Below are positions 49,193-58,746 of a stretch of DNA of 64,000 nt, in pieces. Under the pieces are notes generated by a model that saw only the letters and a list, made by a program, of their open reading frames with translations, had not been told where the DNA came from and did not search any database. Each line of letters opens with the position of its first letter. Position 1 is the first letter of the stretch. The stretch is from Alphaproteobacteria bacterium (GTDB taxonomy: Bacteria; Pseudomonadota; Alphaproteobacteria; MPNO01), in NCBI GenBank assembly GCA_964291675.2, contig OZ219865.1, positions 1 through 64,000 on the forward strand, given 5' to 3'. The position numbers and the translations under genes were made by a program.

Positions 49193-50371
49193 CTACGCCA
49201 GCTCCACCACGGCGCCGTCCTTGCCCTTCCCCTGCGCGCGGTAGTGGCCGAGCTTGGCGATCAGCGGCTGGTCGGTGTAGCTGTAGAGGATCGCGTTCTG
49301 CGTGCCGGTATTGACGAAGCGCCGCCAGCGGTGGTTGGGCACGACGAAGAAGTCGTTGCGCGCCCAGCTCATCGCCTCGCCGTCGACCTCGGTGGTGCCC
49401 GCGCCATCGGCGACCCAGTAGATCGTCGACGCGGTATGGCGGAACGGCCGCGTCGCCTCGCCCGGGCGCAGGAGCTGCGCGCGGTAGGAGATGGTGGTGA
49501 ACACCGGCGCGCCGTTCTCCGGGTTGACCAGCTCGACCGCGATTCCCTCGTGCGGGTCGCCGTCATAGCGCGCGAGGTCGTCGAGCGCGCCGCGGATGTC
49601 GACCCCGGAATAGAGGAACATCGGCGAATTGCCCTGGCCGCTGCCGCGGTGATGCGGCGCGAACAGGGGCCGGATGCCGCCGCGGCCGTAGAACCGCCTG
49701 GAGAAGTCCTCCGCCGGGTCGCCGTGCGGCACCGCGTTCTCGGTGTCGCTGCGCGCCCAGGCGCAGCCGAGGAAGTCGATCAGCGGCCAGTCCAGCGTAT
49801 CCGCCCAGATCACCGGGCTGTCGTCGTCGTTGCCGTGCTCGTGCCAGGTGCCGTTGGGGGTGAACACGAGGTCGCCCCGCCTGGGCAGCATCTTCTCGCC
49901 CTCGACGATGGTGTAGCCGCCGCTCTCCGAGATGATCGTCCGGCTGGCGTTCGGCGTGTGGAGATGCGATTCGGCGTCGTCGCCGCGCTTGTAGATCGAG
50001 ATCGCGATGCGCATCGTGTTGGTCACCTTGACCCCGGTCAGCCCGAAGGCCGGGTTGGTCAGCAGCACCGATTGCCGCTCGGTCAGCTCCAGCGGGCAGA
50101 GCTCGGCGAGCTTGAGCAGGTAGGGCTCGATGTCGCCCCAGCGCCAGACATGCGGCTTCGGCGAGGGGTATTCGACCGTCAGGCTGTGCGCCGAGGGGGA
50201 GGGCTGGTCCGCCGAGCCGAGATGCCAGGCCGTCTGGTTGGGCAGGTTCCAGCGCGTGCGGATCCAGATGTCGTTCGCGCGCACCTCCTGGTTGAGCTCC
50301 TCGAGCTCGTTGATGATCAGCTCCAGCTCATGCCTGCGGTCGCTGCCGGCCTGTTCCTTCGCGGTCGCCAT
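49193..50371 (-). CDS. Bicupin ring-cleavage dioxygenase (gentisate 1,2-dioxygenase-like)
   Basis: PHVWRW, LLTNP, SHLHTPNA and TPNGTWHEH metal ligands, LDWPL, YTDQPL. Confidence 0.88.
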   Translation of the reverse strand: MATAKEQAGSDRRHELELIINELEELNQEVRANDIWIRTRWNLPNQTAWHLGSADQPSPSAHSLTVEYPSPKPHVWRWGDIEPYLLKLAELCPLELTERQSVLLTNPAFGLTGVKVTNTMRIAISIYKRGDDAESHLHTPNASRTIISESGGYTIVEGEKMLPRRGDLVFTPNGTWHEHGNDDDSPVIWADTLDWPLIDFLGCAWARSDTENAVPHGDPAEDFSRRFYGRGGIRPLFAPHHRGSGQGNSPMFLYSGVDIRGALDDLARYDGDPHEGIAVELVNPENGAPVFTTISYRAQLLRPGEATRPFRHTASTIYWVADGAGTTEVDGEAMSWARNDFFVVPNHRWRRFVNTGTQNAILYSYTDQPLIAKLGHYRAQGKGKDGAVVELA

Positions 50372-50493
50372 GTCGGGCCTCCTCGGGCGGGATTGCCGCA
50401 GTCTTCGCCGCATCCCGCGCGCGGTCAAGGACGACGTGGGACGGCTTCCCGGAATATGGGGTAGTCTCTTCCCGGTATTGCCGGAGTGCGGCG

Positions 50494-51540
50494 GTGAAGT
50501 TGCGGGTTCTGTTGTGGTGGTCGCTCAAGCTGGGCACCGCGGTTACTGCGGTCGCGAACCTCGCGCTTCTCGCGCAACACCCCTTCGCGGAGCCCTTCGT
50601 GGATCGGACGGCGGCCGATGCCCGGCTCGCCCTCGACCGGGCGCTTGGCGAACGGCTGACGCCGGAATGGCTCGCCGCCGAGCTCGACGCGGCGGTCGGC
50701 GAACAGGATCTGGACAGGACCGGGCTGCTGCTCGAGCTGGCCGAGGAACGCCGGGTTGCGGTGCCGGAGGAACGGCTGGCCGGGGCCAGGCGATTCGTCG
50801 CGCGGGAAACCGGCCTGCTCGCCCGGGCCGAGCGCTGCGCCGCCTGCGCGATCGATGCCGCGGACTGCCGCACGCCGGAGATGCTGCTCGCCTGCAACAT
50901 ACCGGTCGAGATGACGGTGATCGGCGACGCCAGGGCGTTGCTGGAGGCGGGCGACGACGCCCTCGCCGGCCGTCCGGTCGACCGGCTCGACGTGGCGCTC
51001 GCCGCCGCCGGCATCGGCGCGACCGCCATCGTCCCGCTCACCGGGGGCAGCAGCCTGACCGTCAAGGCCGGCGCCACGACCATCCGGGTGGCGCGCAGGA
51101 TGGGGGTGCTGGGCAAGGGGGTCGCGCGCGCCGTGGCGGAGGCGGCGGACGCGCCGTTCCGCTGGCGGCGGGTCGGCGCGTTCGTCACCACCGGCAGGCT
51201 GGACGAGGTGACCGACGCGCGCCGTTTCCGGCGACTCGGCCGCATCGCCGACGATCTCGGTACCGTGGCGGCGCATGCCGGCCCGGCGGCGACCGTCGCC
51301 CTGCTGCGCCATGTCGAGACCGCCGGGGATGCCGCCACGCTCGCCCGCGTCGCCCGGGTCGCGGGCGACAGGACCCGGAAGGCGGTCGAGGCGCTCGGGC
51401 TGGCCCGGGCGGCGCGGGCGCTGATCCGCTTCTCCGACCTCGTGCTCTGGACCCTCGGCCTGATGGCCGCGCTCGCCCTTCAGCTCCTCGCGTTCCTCGC
51501 GCCGCTTTGCCTGCGCGCGCTCGGCCCCCGGCGACGCTGA
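50494..51540 (+). CDS. Hypothetical membrane-anchored protein
   Basis: 348 aa with N- and C-terminal hydrophobic segments, Cys cluster (CAAC..DC...AC), central LAAAGIGATAIVPLTGG hairpin. Confidence 0.7.
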   Translation: MKLRVLLWWSLKLGTAVTAVANLALLAQHPFAEPFVDRTAADARLALDRALGERLTPEWLAAELDAAVGEQDLDRTGLLLELAEERRVAVPEERLAGARRFVARETGLLARAERCAACAIDAADCRTPEMLLACNIPVEMTVIGDARALLEAGDDALAGRPVDRLDVALAAAGIGATAIVPLTGGSSLTVKAGATTIRVARRMGVLGKGVARAVAEAADAPFRWRRVGAFVTTGRLDEVTDARRFRRLGRIADDLGTVAAHAGPAATVALLRHVETAGDAATLARVARVAGDRTRKAVEALGLARAARALIRFSDLVLWTLGLMAALALQLLAFLAPLCLRALGPRRR

Positions 51541-51624
51541 CGGGCGCCCGGCTTCGACCCGGAAGGGAAACCCGTCTATGGTGCCGCCGGCCCGAAGGCC
51601 GTCCCCGAAGAAGGAGCGCCCGCG

Positions 51625-52620
51625 TTGCACAGCCATTCGCCGATCGACATCCACGCCCATTTCTACCCGCCGGAATATCTGCGGACGCTGGCGCGCGACG
51701 GCCACCGCTATGGCGGCGCGTTCAAGACCGGTGCGGAGGGGTTCACGGTCGCCGGCGGGCCGATCTCGATGGGGCCGCTGCCGCAAAAGTTCGCCGACGT
51801 GGATCTGCGGGTCGCCGAGATGGACGAGATCGGGGTCGATATCCACGCGCTCTCGCTGACCGGCCCGATGGTCGATTTCGCCGACGGCGAGGATTCGATG
51901 GCGCTCGCGGCGGCGTTCAACGACGGCTGCGCGGCGGCGCACGAGAAATATCCCGACCGCCTGTTCGGGCTGGCGGCGCTGCCCTGGCACGAGCCGGCGC
52001 TGGCGGTGAAGGAGCTGGAGCGCGCCGCCGCGCTGCCCGGCATAAGGGGGGTGTATTCGATGACCCGGGTGCGCGCGGCGGAGCTCGGCGACGAGGACTA
52101 TCTGCCGGTCTTCGAGGCGATCGACGGGCTCGGCCTGCCGCTCTTCCTGCACCCGGTGCATGTCGTCGACCCGCACAGGCTCGCGCGCTACTACCTCACC
52201 AACCTCCTGGGCAACCCGATCGAATCGGGGATCGCCGCGGCGCATCTGATCTTTTCGGGCACGCTCGACCGCTTCCCCGATCTCGAAATCTGCCTGCCGC
52301 ATGCGGGCGGCGTGTTCCCCTATGTCGTCGGCCGCCTGCAGCACGGCCACGAGGTGCGCCCGGAGATGGCGCATCGCGACACGGGGCCGATGGAATACAT
52401 CAGGCGCTTCCACTACGACACCGTCAGCCATTCGGAGAAGGCGCTCGCCTATCTCATCGACCTGGTCGGCGCCGACCGGGTGATGCTCGGCAGCGACTAC
52501 TGCTTCGACATGGGCTACGAACGCCCGGTCGAGGTGGTGACCGGCCACGGCGGCATCGACGAAGACGCGCGCGAAAAAATCCTGTCGGGGAACGCCAGGC
52601 GGCTGCTCGGCCTAGGCTAG
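51625..52620 (+). CDS. Amidohydrolase_2 family (ACMSD-like decarboxylase/hydratase)
   Basis: IDIHAH, LFLHP, PHAGG, YDT, GSDY. Confidence 0.9.
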   Translation: MHSHSPIDIHAHFYPPEYLRTLARDGHRYGGAFKTGAEGFTVAGGPISMGPLPQKFADVDLRVAEMDEIGVDIHALSLTGPMVDFADGEDSMALAAAFNDGCAAAHEKYPDRLFGLAALPWHEPALAVKELERAAALPGIRGVYSMTRVRAAELGDEDYLPVFEAIDGLGLPLFLHPVHVVDPHRLARYYLTNLLGNPIESGIAAAHLIFSGTLDRFPDLEICLPHAGGVFPYVVGRLQHGHEVRPEMAHRDTGPMEYIRRFHYDTVSHSEKALAYLIDLVGADRVMLGSDYCFDMGYERPVEVVTGHGGIDEDAREKILSGNARRLLGLG

Positions 52621-53481
52621 GGTCGAGCGGTACCAGTCGGCGATCTCGGCGCCCGACCAGAACACCACGCCGGGCCGGGCGGCCATCTGCTCCAGCATGG
52701 CTTCGAGGTGCTTGATGCGGTGCGGCACGCCGCTGATATAGGGGTGGATGCCGAAGCCCATGAACTTGGCCCGTTCGGCGCTCTCCTCGTACAGCCGGTC
52801 GAACTGGTCCATGGTGCGGCGGTAGAGCTCGGCGCTCTCGTGGTGCTGCAGGAGCATCATCGCGATGTCGTTGAGCTCGACCGAGTAGGGCACGTTGACG
52901 AGGTCGCCCGCGCGGGTGCGGACCAGGGTCGGCTCGTCGTCCCAGACGAAGTCGGCGACATAGTCGAGCCCGGCCTCCTTCAGGAGGTCGGAGGTCTCGT
53001 AGGTCTGGGTGAGGCCCGGGCCGATCCAGCCGCGCGGCCGGGTGCCGGTGAACGCGCCGATCCGCTCGACGGTCTCCTCGATGGTGCGGCGCTCGTCCTC
53101 CAGCAGGTGCATCGGCCCCTGGTGGTAGGTGTGCGGCAAGAACTCCCAGCCGGCTTCGAGCGCGGCCTGCGCCACCCTGGGATAGACGTCGCAGACCGAG
53201 GCGTTGAGCGAGAAGGTGGGCTTGATGCCGAGCCCGTCGAACGCCGCCTTGACGCGCCAGAACCCGACCCGCATGCCGTATTCCTGCCAGCTCCAGTTGG
53301 GGATGTCGGGCACGAACAGGGTCTCGCCGGGAGGCGTCAGCACCGCGCGCGGCATCGGCTTGGCGGTGTCCCAGTTCTCGATGTTGAACACCGGCCAGAC
53401 GACGATCCGCACGCCGTCGGGCAGCGTCAGCTTCTCGCGGTCGACGATGGCGCTGTAGTCGATGCGCTCGCGTGGGTCCAC
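52612..53481 (-). CDS. Polysaccharide deacetylase family (PuuE-like)
   Basis: NWSWQEYGMRVGFWR, RPRGWIGPG, PYSVELND, IHPYISGVPHR. Confidence 0.9.
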   Translation of the reverse strand: MDPRERIDYSAIVDREKLTLPDGVRIVVWPVFNIENWDTAKPMPRAVLTPPGETLFVPDIPNWSWQEYGMRVGFWRVKAAFDGLGIKPTFSLNASVCDVYPRVAQAALEAGWEFLPHTYHQGPMHLLEDERRTIEETVERIGAFTGTRPRGWIGPGLTQTYETSDLLKEAGLDYVADFVWDDEPTLVRTRAGDLVNVPYSVELNDIAMMLLQHHESAELYRRTMDQFDRLYEESAERAKFMGFGIHPYISGVPHRIKHLEAMLEQMAARPGVVFWSGAEIADWYRSTLA

Positions 53482-53529
53482 GGTCTGTCTCCCCTCAATC
53501 CGGGCGCACCCCGCCCCCGGCCCTCGATC

Positions 53530-54837
53530 TCACATCAGGCTGGGCAAGTAGAGCGCGATGCCGGGCGCCATGATCAGGATGATGATCAGGATGAGGTCGC
53601 AGAACAGGAAGGGGATCGCATAGGACGCGACCTCGAACAGCGTGGTGCCGCGCACCATGCCCATCATGATGTAGAGCAGCAGCCCGAAGGGCGGGGTGGT
53701 GGCGCTCATCTCCAGCGACATCAGCACGATCAGCGAGAACCAGATCAGGTCGTAGCCCAGCGTCTGGGCGATTGGGTAGAAGATCGGCACGGTGATCAGC
53801 ATCATCGAGACCTGGTCCATGAACATGCCGAGCAGGATCAGGACCAGGAACATCGCCGAGAGGATCACCAGCGGCGCCACCTCGAACCCGGTGGCCCATT
53901 CGGTGAGCCCGCGCCCGGCGCCCGACATCGACAAGAGCTGGCTGAACACGGTCGAGTTCATCAGGATGAAGAACACCATGCCGACCACCCGGATGGCGCC
54001 GACCAGCGAGGTCTTGAACGCCTGCCAGGTGAACGCGCGGAAGGCGATGGCGAGGATGCACACGCCGACCACCCCGAAGGACGCCGATTCCGACGGCGTC
54101 GCCCAGCCGAGCACGATAAAGCCGATCACCATGAAGACGACCAGCCCCATCGGCAGGATGTTGACCGCGACCTGGTAGAGCTTCTCCTTCCAGGTGGTGG
54201 GCTCGATGTCGTAGCTCGGCGCGGCGTCGGGGTTGATCCTGAGCTGCAAGAGGATCATCGCCGCATAGAGCGCGGCGAGCAGGAAGCCGGGCAGGAGGCC
54301 GGCGATCAGCAGCGCGCCCACGTCGACGCCGGCGATCGAGGCGAGCAGCACGCCGAGCGAGGACGGCGGGATGATCATCGCGAGCCCGCCGGTGCCGAGG
54401 ATCGGCCCCATCGACATGCGCTTGTTGTAGCCGCGCCGGGTCATCTCGGGGACCAGCAGCGAGCCCAGCATGGCGGTATTCGCCATGGTCGAGCCGGTCA
54501 GCGTCGAGAACAGCGAGCCGCCGATCACCGTCAGGAAGCAGAGCCGGCCCGGAACCTTGCCGAGCAGCTTGTCGAGCGCATCGAACACCCGGATGGCGAG
54601 CCCGGTATGGAAGAACAGCGCGCCCATCAGGATGAACATCGGGATGGGCGAGAGCGTGAACGTGGTGATGAGCTGCGGCGCGTTGTCGGCGATCTGGATC
54701 AGGTTCGACCAGCCATTGGCGAAGACGAACATGCCGAGCACGTTGGCGATCAGGAAGGTGAAGGCGACCGGGAAGCCGAGCGCCATGCCCGCCACGACGC
54801 AGCCGAGAAGAATCGCCCCTGCCTCGTACCATTCCAT
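53530..54837 (-). CDS. dctM: TRAP transporter large permease
   Basis: IPMFILMG, GGLAMIIPPS, ATPSESA, TTPPFG; ~12 TM. Confidence 0.95.
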   Translation of the reverse strand: MEWYEAGAILLGCVVAGMALGFPVAFTFLIANVLGMFVFANGWSNLIQIADNAPQLITTFTLSPIPMFILMGALFFHTGLAIRVFDALDKLLGKVPGRLCFLTVIGGSLFSTLTGSTMANTAMLGSLLVPEMTRRGYNKRMSMGPILGTGGLAMIIPPSSLGVLLASIAGVDVGALLIAGLLPGFLLAALYAAMILLQLRINPDAAPSYDIEPTTWKEKLYQVAVNILPMGLVVFMVIGFIVLGWATPSESASFGVVGVCILAIAFRAFTWQAFKTSLVGAIRVVGMVFFILMNSTVFSQLLSMSGAGRGLTEWATGFEVAPLVILSAMFLVLILLGMFMDQVSMMLITVPIFYPIAQTLGYDLIWFSLIVLMSLEMSATTPPFGLLLYIMMGMVRGTTLFEVASYAIPFLFCDLILIIILIMAPGIALYLPSLM

Positions 54838-54840
54838 GGC

Positions 54841-55362
54841 TCAGACGCTGTCCTTCACCTCGCCGAGATCGTAGGTGTAGTAGTGGCGCAGCCCGGCGAG
54901 ATACATCAGGAATTCGAGCCCCACCAGCCCGTAGCCGAAGGGCATCGGCAGGAACTGGAGCCAGTACGGCATGTCGATGCCGCGCACGTCGAGATTTCCG
55001 GTCTGGATGGCCTCGATGAAGAGCTCGATCGAGAGATAGGCGAAATAGAACCCGAGCACCGCGCAGACCAGATACACCCCCTTGGCCATGGGCTCGCGAA
55101 CCGCCGGCGGCAGGAAGGTGACCAGCGCCTCGATCGCCACATGCCCCTTCTCGCGCACCAGCCAGGGGGCGGAGCACATCGCCACGTAGAGCAGCGCGTA
55201 CTCCACCACCGAGGAGGTAAAGAGCGGCGGGGTGAACCCGATGGTCCTGATCGACACGTCGATCACGATCATCGTGAAGATGCACGGGATCAGCGCGCAG
55301 GCGATCCACACCAGCGCGCCGACGACCCGCCCGAGCCCCCGGTCGAACGTCTCCAGCGACAC
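54841..55362 (-). CDS. dctQ: TRAP transporter small permease
   Basis: 4 TM, REKGHVAIE. Confidence 0.92.
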   Translation of the reverse strand: MSLETFDRGLGRVVGALVWIACALIPCIFTMIVIDVSIRTIGFTPPLFTSSVVEYALLYVAMCSAPWLVREKGHVAIEALVTFLPPAVREPMAKGVYLVCAVLGFYFAYLSIELFIEAIQTGNLDVRGIDMPYWLQFLPMPFGYGLVGLEFLMYLAGLRHYYTYDLGEVKDSV

Positions 55363-55393
55363 GGCCGCTCCCGTCCCCGCCGCCCGGACCCCG

Positions 55394-56440
55394 CTATTGC
55401 CTGAGCGCGCGGCCGAGATCGGCCTGGCGGTTGGGCTTGCCCGGGATGTACATCAGCGGCAGCAGCCTGTCGTGGTACTCCGACCGTTCCTTGAGCTGCT
55501 TCCAGATCTCCCGATGCGCGATGTCGAGATAGCGCGCCGCGGCATCGCCCTTGAGCACGATGTCCTTGACGCCGGCCGCCATGACCTGCTTGTCCTCGGC
55601 CTTGCGCTCCTTCTCGATCCAGTGCACCGAGGTGGTCTCGTATTCCTTGGCGAGATCGGTCATCGCGTCCTGCTTCTCGCGCGCCAGCTTGTTCCAGGTG
55701 TCGGCGTGGACCGTCACCACGGTGTTGGTCTGGTAGTAGTTCGGCTGGATGCGGTACTTGATCACCTTGTGCACGCCGAGCGGCACGATCGAGATGTCGG
55801 TGAAGCCGAAGCCGTCGACCGTCCCGCGCTGCAGCGCGGTGAACACCTCGGACGACTTGATGTTGATGGTGGTCGCGCCGAGCGCCCGGAACAGCGGGCG
55901 GTAGGTGCCGGTGGCGCGCATCTTCAACCCGGTCAGGTCGGGCACGCCGTGCTCGTCGAACTTGGGCTCCTTCATCAGATAGGTGTTGTAGGAGGTCATG
56001 TTCTCGCCCCAGGCCAGCAGATGCGCGCCGGCCTTCTTGAGATAGATCTCCTGGAGGATCTCCCACGCCCCGTTGGCGCGCAGCGCCTTGGGGCCCTGGT
56101 TGGCGGCGAGGATCGCGTAGCCCTCGGGCACGGTGCCGATGTAGTAGGCGGTCGGGCTGTGCAGCACGTTGAACTGGCCCCGCCTCAGCGCGGTGACGGC
56201 CTTGCGCGGCGGCACGATCTCCTGACCCCCGAGATACTTGATCTCGACCTTGCCCTTGAGGTTCTCGTTGAGCGGGTTGAGATAGTTGGCCTTGAAGCTG
56301 CGCACCAGGGCGTTGTTCTGGTCGAGCGAGGTGACCGCGTTGAGCTTGTCGGTCATCGCCGCCGCCGTCCCGGCGCCCGCTGCCACGGCGGTGGCCGCGG
56401 CGAGTGCGGTGAGTGCTAATCCTGTCTTCATGTTCCTCAT
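55394..56440 (-). CDS. dctP: TRAP substrate-binding protein
   Basis: Signal peptide, DLTGLKMR, EVFTALQRGTVDG. Confidence 0.93.
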   Translation of the reverse strand: MRNMKTGLALTALAAATAVAAGAGTAAAMTDKLNAVTSLDQNNALVRSFKANYLNPLNENLKGKVEIKYLGGQEIVPPRKAVTALRRGQFNVLHSPTAYYIGTVPEGYAILAANQGPKALRANGAWEILQEIYLKKAGAHLLAWGENMTSYNTYLMKEPKFDEHGVPDLTGLKMRATGTYRPLFRALGATTINIKSSEVFTALQRGTVDGFGFTDISIVPLGVHKVIKYRIQPNYYQTNTVVTVHADTWNKLAREKQDAMTDLAKEYETTSVHWIEKERKAEDKQVMAAGVKDIVLKGDAAARYLDIAHREIWKQLKERSEYHDRLLPLMYIPGKPNRQADLGRALRQ

Positions 56441-56623
56441 TCCCAGTCCTGGTTCATCCTTGGTTCATCGTATGCGCGCAGGCGCGGCGGGCCGCGTCAA
56501 CGCCCCGCGCTGTCGATACCGACAATGGCCGGCCGGCGCAATGACGGGTTGCAGCCCGATTGCGACCGGTCTCCCTTCCACGCCGTTCTCGAAAATCCGG
56601 GGACGCGGCCTGCCGGCAACCGC

Positions 56624-57658
56624 CTATTTGCGGAGCGCGCGCCCGATATCGACCTGGCGGTTGGGCTTGCCGGGGACGTACATCAGCGGCTTGAGCTTGT
56701 CGTGGTATTCCGACCGCTCCTTGAGCTGCGTCCAGATCTCCTGGTGGGCGATGTCGAGATAGCTCGCCGCCGCGTCGCCCTGGAGCGCGATGTCCTTGAC
56801 CCCGGCGGCCAGCATTTCCTTCTCTTCCTTGGCGCGCCGCGCCTCCAGCCACTTGACCGACTCGGTCTCGTAGGTCAGCGCCTGCTTCTCCAGGAACGCC
56901 TTCTGCTCCTTGGTCAGCGAGTCCCAGACCTTGGGATTGACCGTCAGCACCTGGTTGGTCTGGTAGAAGTTGGGGGTGATCCGGTACTTGACGATCTTGT
57001 GCAGCCCGAGCGCCACCACCGCCACGTCCGGCCAGCCGAAGCCGACGACCGTGCCGCGCTGGAGCGCGGTGAAGATCTCCGACGACTTGATGTTGATCGT
57101 GGACGCGCCGAGCGCGCGGAACAGCGGCCGGTAGGTGCCGGTCGCGCGCATCTTCAGCCCCGTCAGGTCCGGCACGCCGTCGGCGCGGAACTTGGGCATG
57201 ACCATCAGATAGGTGTTGTAGGAGGTCATGCTCTCGCCCCAGGCCAGCAGATGCGCGCCGGCCTTCTTCATGTAGACCTCCTGGAGGATCTCCCAGGCGC
57301 CGTTCTTGCGCAGCGCGCGCGGCCCCTGGTTGCCGGCGAGCAGCGCATAGCCCTCGGGGACGGTGCCGATGTAGTACGCCGTCGGGCAGCTCAGCATGTC
57401 GAACTGGCCGCGCTTGAGCGCGTTGGCGGCCTTGCGCGGCGGCACCACCTCCTGGCCGCCGATATACTTGATCTTCACCGGGCCGTTGGCCGCGTTGCTG
57501 GCGTTCAGATAGGTTTCGATGAAGGCTTTCGCGATGGTGTTGCTGCGCTGCAGCGCGGTCACCGCGCCGAGCTCGTCCTTCGCCGATGCCGTCGACATCG
57601 CCGTCGCCAGCGCCGCCGACGCCGTCGCGAGGGCGATCAGGACCCTGTATGGTTTCAT
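56624..57658 (-). CDS. dctP: TRAP substrate-binding protein (tandem paralogue)
   Basis: MKPYRVLIALATASAALA signal; long identical stretches with 55394-56440. Confidence 0.93.
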   Translation of the reverse strand: MKPYRVLIALATASAALATAMSTASAKDELGAVTALQRSNTIAKAFIETYLNASNAANGPVKIKYIGGQEVVPPRKAANALKRGQFDMLSCPTAYYIGTVPEGYALLAGNQGPRALRKNGAWEILQEVYMKKAGAHLLAWGESMTSYNTYLMVMPKFRADGVPDLTGLKMRATGTYRPLFRALGASTINIKSSEIFTALQRGTVVGFGWPDVAVVALGLHKIVKYRITPNFYQTNQVLTVNPKVWDSLTKEQKAFLEKQALTYETESVKWLEARRAKEEKEMLAAGVKDIALQGDAAASYLDIAHQEIWTQLKERSEYHDKLKPLMYVPGKPNRQVDIGRALRK

Positions 57659-57867
57659 TCCGGTTCTCCCTTCCTGGACCGCGCGGCGGCGGTTCAGCGA
57701 ACGACCGCCGCCGCGCAGTGCGAGACTCCCTTGGATAGCTTTGGTTTTTTCGCCGCCATGCTGGCCAAGCGGCCCGGTTTCGTCAACACCCAAGCGCGGC
57801 TCGATTGCGCCCGATTCGCGGCCTCGCCATAATCCCGGCGCGTGGTAGTCCGCCGGGGAAACAGCCG

Positions 57868-58740
57868 ATGAGCATCGAGATCCTGCCCGTTTCCGACGCG
57901 CTCGGGGCCGAGGTCACCGGCGTCGATCTGGGCGAGCCGGTCGACGGCGACGTGGCGGCGCTGTTGCGCCGCGCCTGGCTCGACTACCAGGTGCTGGTGT
58001 TCCGCGGCCAGGACATCGACCAGCATCGCCAGCTCGCCTTCACCCGGCTGTTCGGCCAGCCCGGCGGGGTGTTCTCGCCGAGGCCGCAGCGCGGGCTCGA
58101 CGGCGAGCCCCTGGAGCCCGGCATCATGATGGTCTCCAACATCCGCCGCGACGGCAAGCCGCTCGGCCTCGCCCATGACGGCGAGATGTGGTTCCACTCC
58201 GACATGTGCTACGACGAGAACCCGCACCAGGCGACGATGCTGTATGCCATCGAGATCCCGCCCGTGGGCGGCAACACGCAGTTCGCCAACATGTACGCCG
58301 CCTACGACCGCCTGCCCGAGGCGACCAGGGAGCGCATAAGCGGGCGCACCGCGCTCCAGATGCACGAATACCACCGCACCGACCGGCCGAGGGTGCGCGA
58401 CGACATGTCGGACGTGCGCCACTTCTCCCACCCGGTCGCCATCTCCCATTCCGAGACCGGGCGCAAGGCGCTCTACGTCAACCGGCTGATGACGGCGCGC
58501 ATCGACGGCATGGACGAGGCCGAGAGCGACGCGCTGATCGACGAGCTTCTGGCCGCCAGCGAGGACCCGGCGATCGTCTACGAGCATGTCTGGCGGGTCG
58601 GCGACCTGGTGATGTGGGACAACCGCTGCGTGACCCACGCGCGCACCGACTTCCCGGAGCACGAGCGCCGCCTGCTGCGCCGCACGACCACCGAGGGCAG
58701 CCGCCCCTTCGAGACCCTTGAGGAATACGCGGCCGCCTGA
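57868..58740 (+). CDS. TauD/TfdA 2-oxoglutarate-dependent dioxygenase
   Basis: LGAEVTGVDL, FHSD, GGNTQFA, WDNRCVTHAR. Confidence 0.93.
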   Translation: MSIEILPVSDALGAEVTGVDLGEPVDGDVAALLRRAWLDYQVLVFRGQDIDQHRQLAFTRLFGQPGGVFSPRPQRGLDGEPLEPGIMMVSNIRRDGKPLGLAHDGEMWFHSDMCYDENPHQATMLYAIEIPPVGGNTQFANMYAAYDRLPEATRERISGRTALQMHEYHRTDRPRVRDDMSDVRHFSHPVAISHSETGRKALYVNRLMTARIDGMDEAESDALIDELLAASEDPAIVYEHVWRVGDLVMWDNRCVTHARTDFPEHERRLLRRTTTEGSRPFETLEEYAAA

Positions 58741-58746
58741 TCGGGG

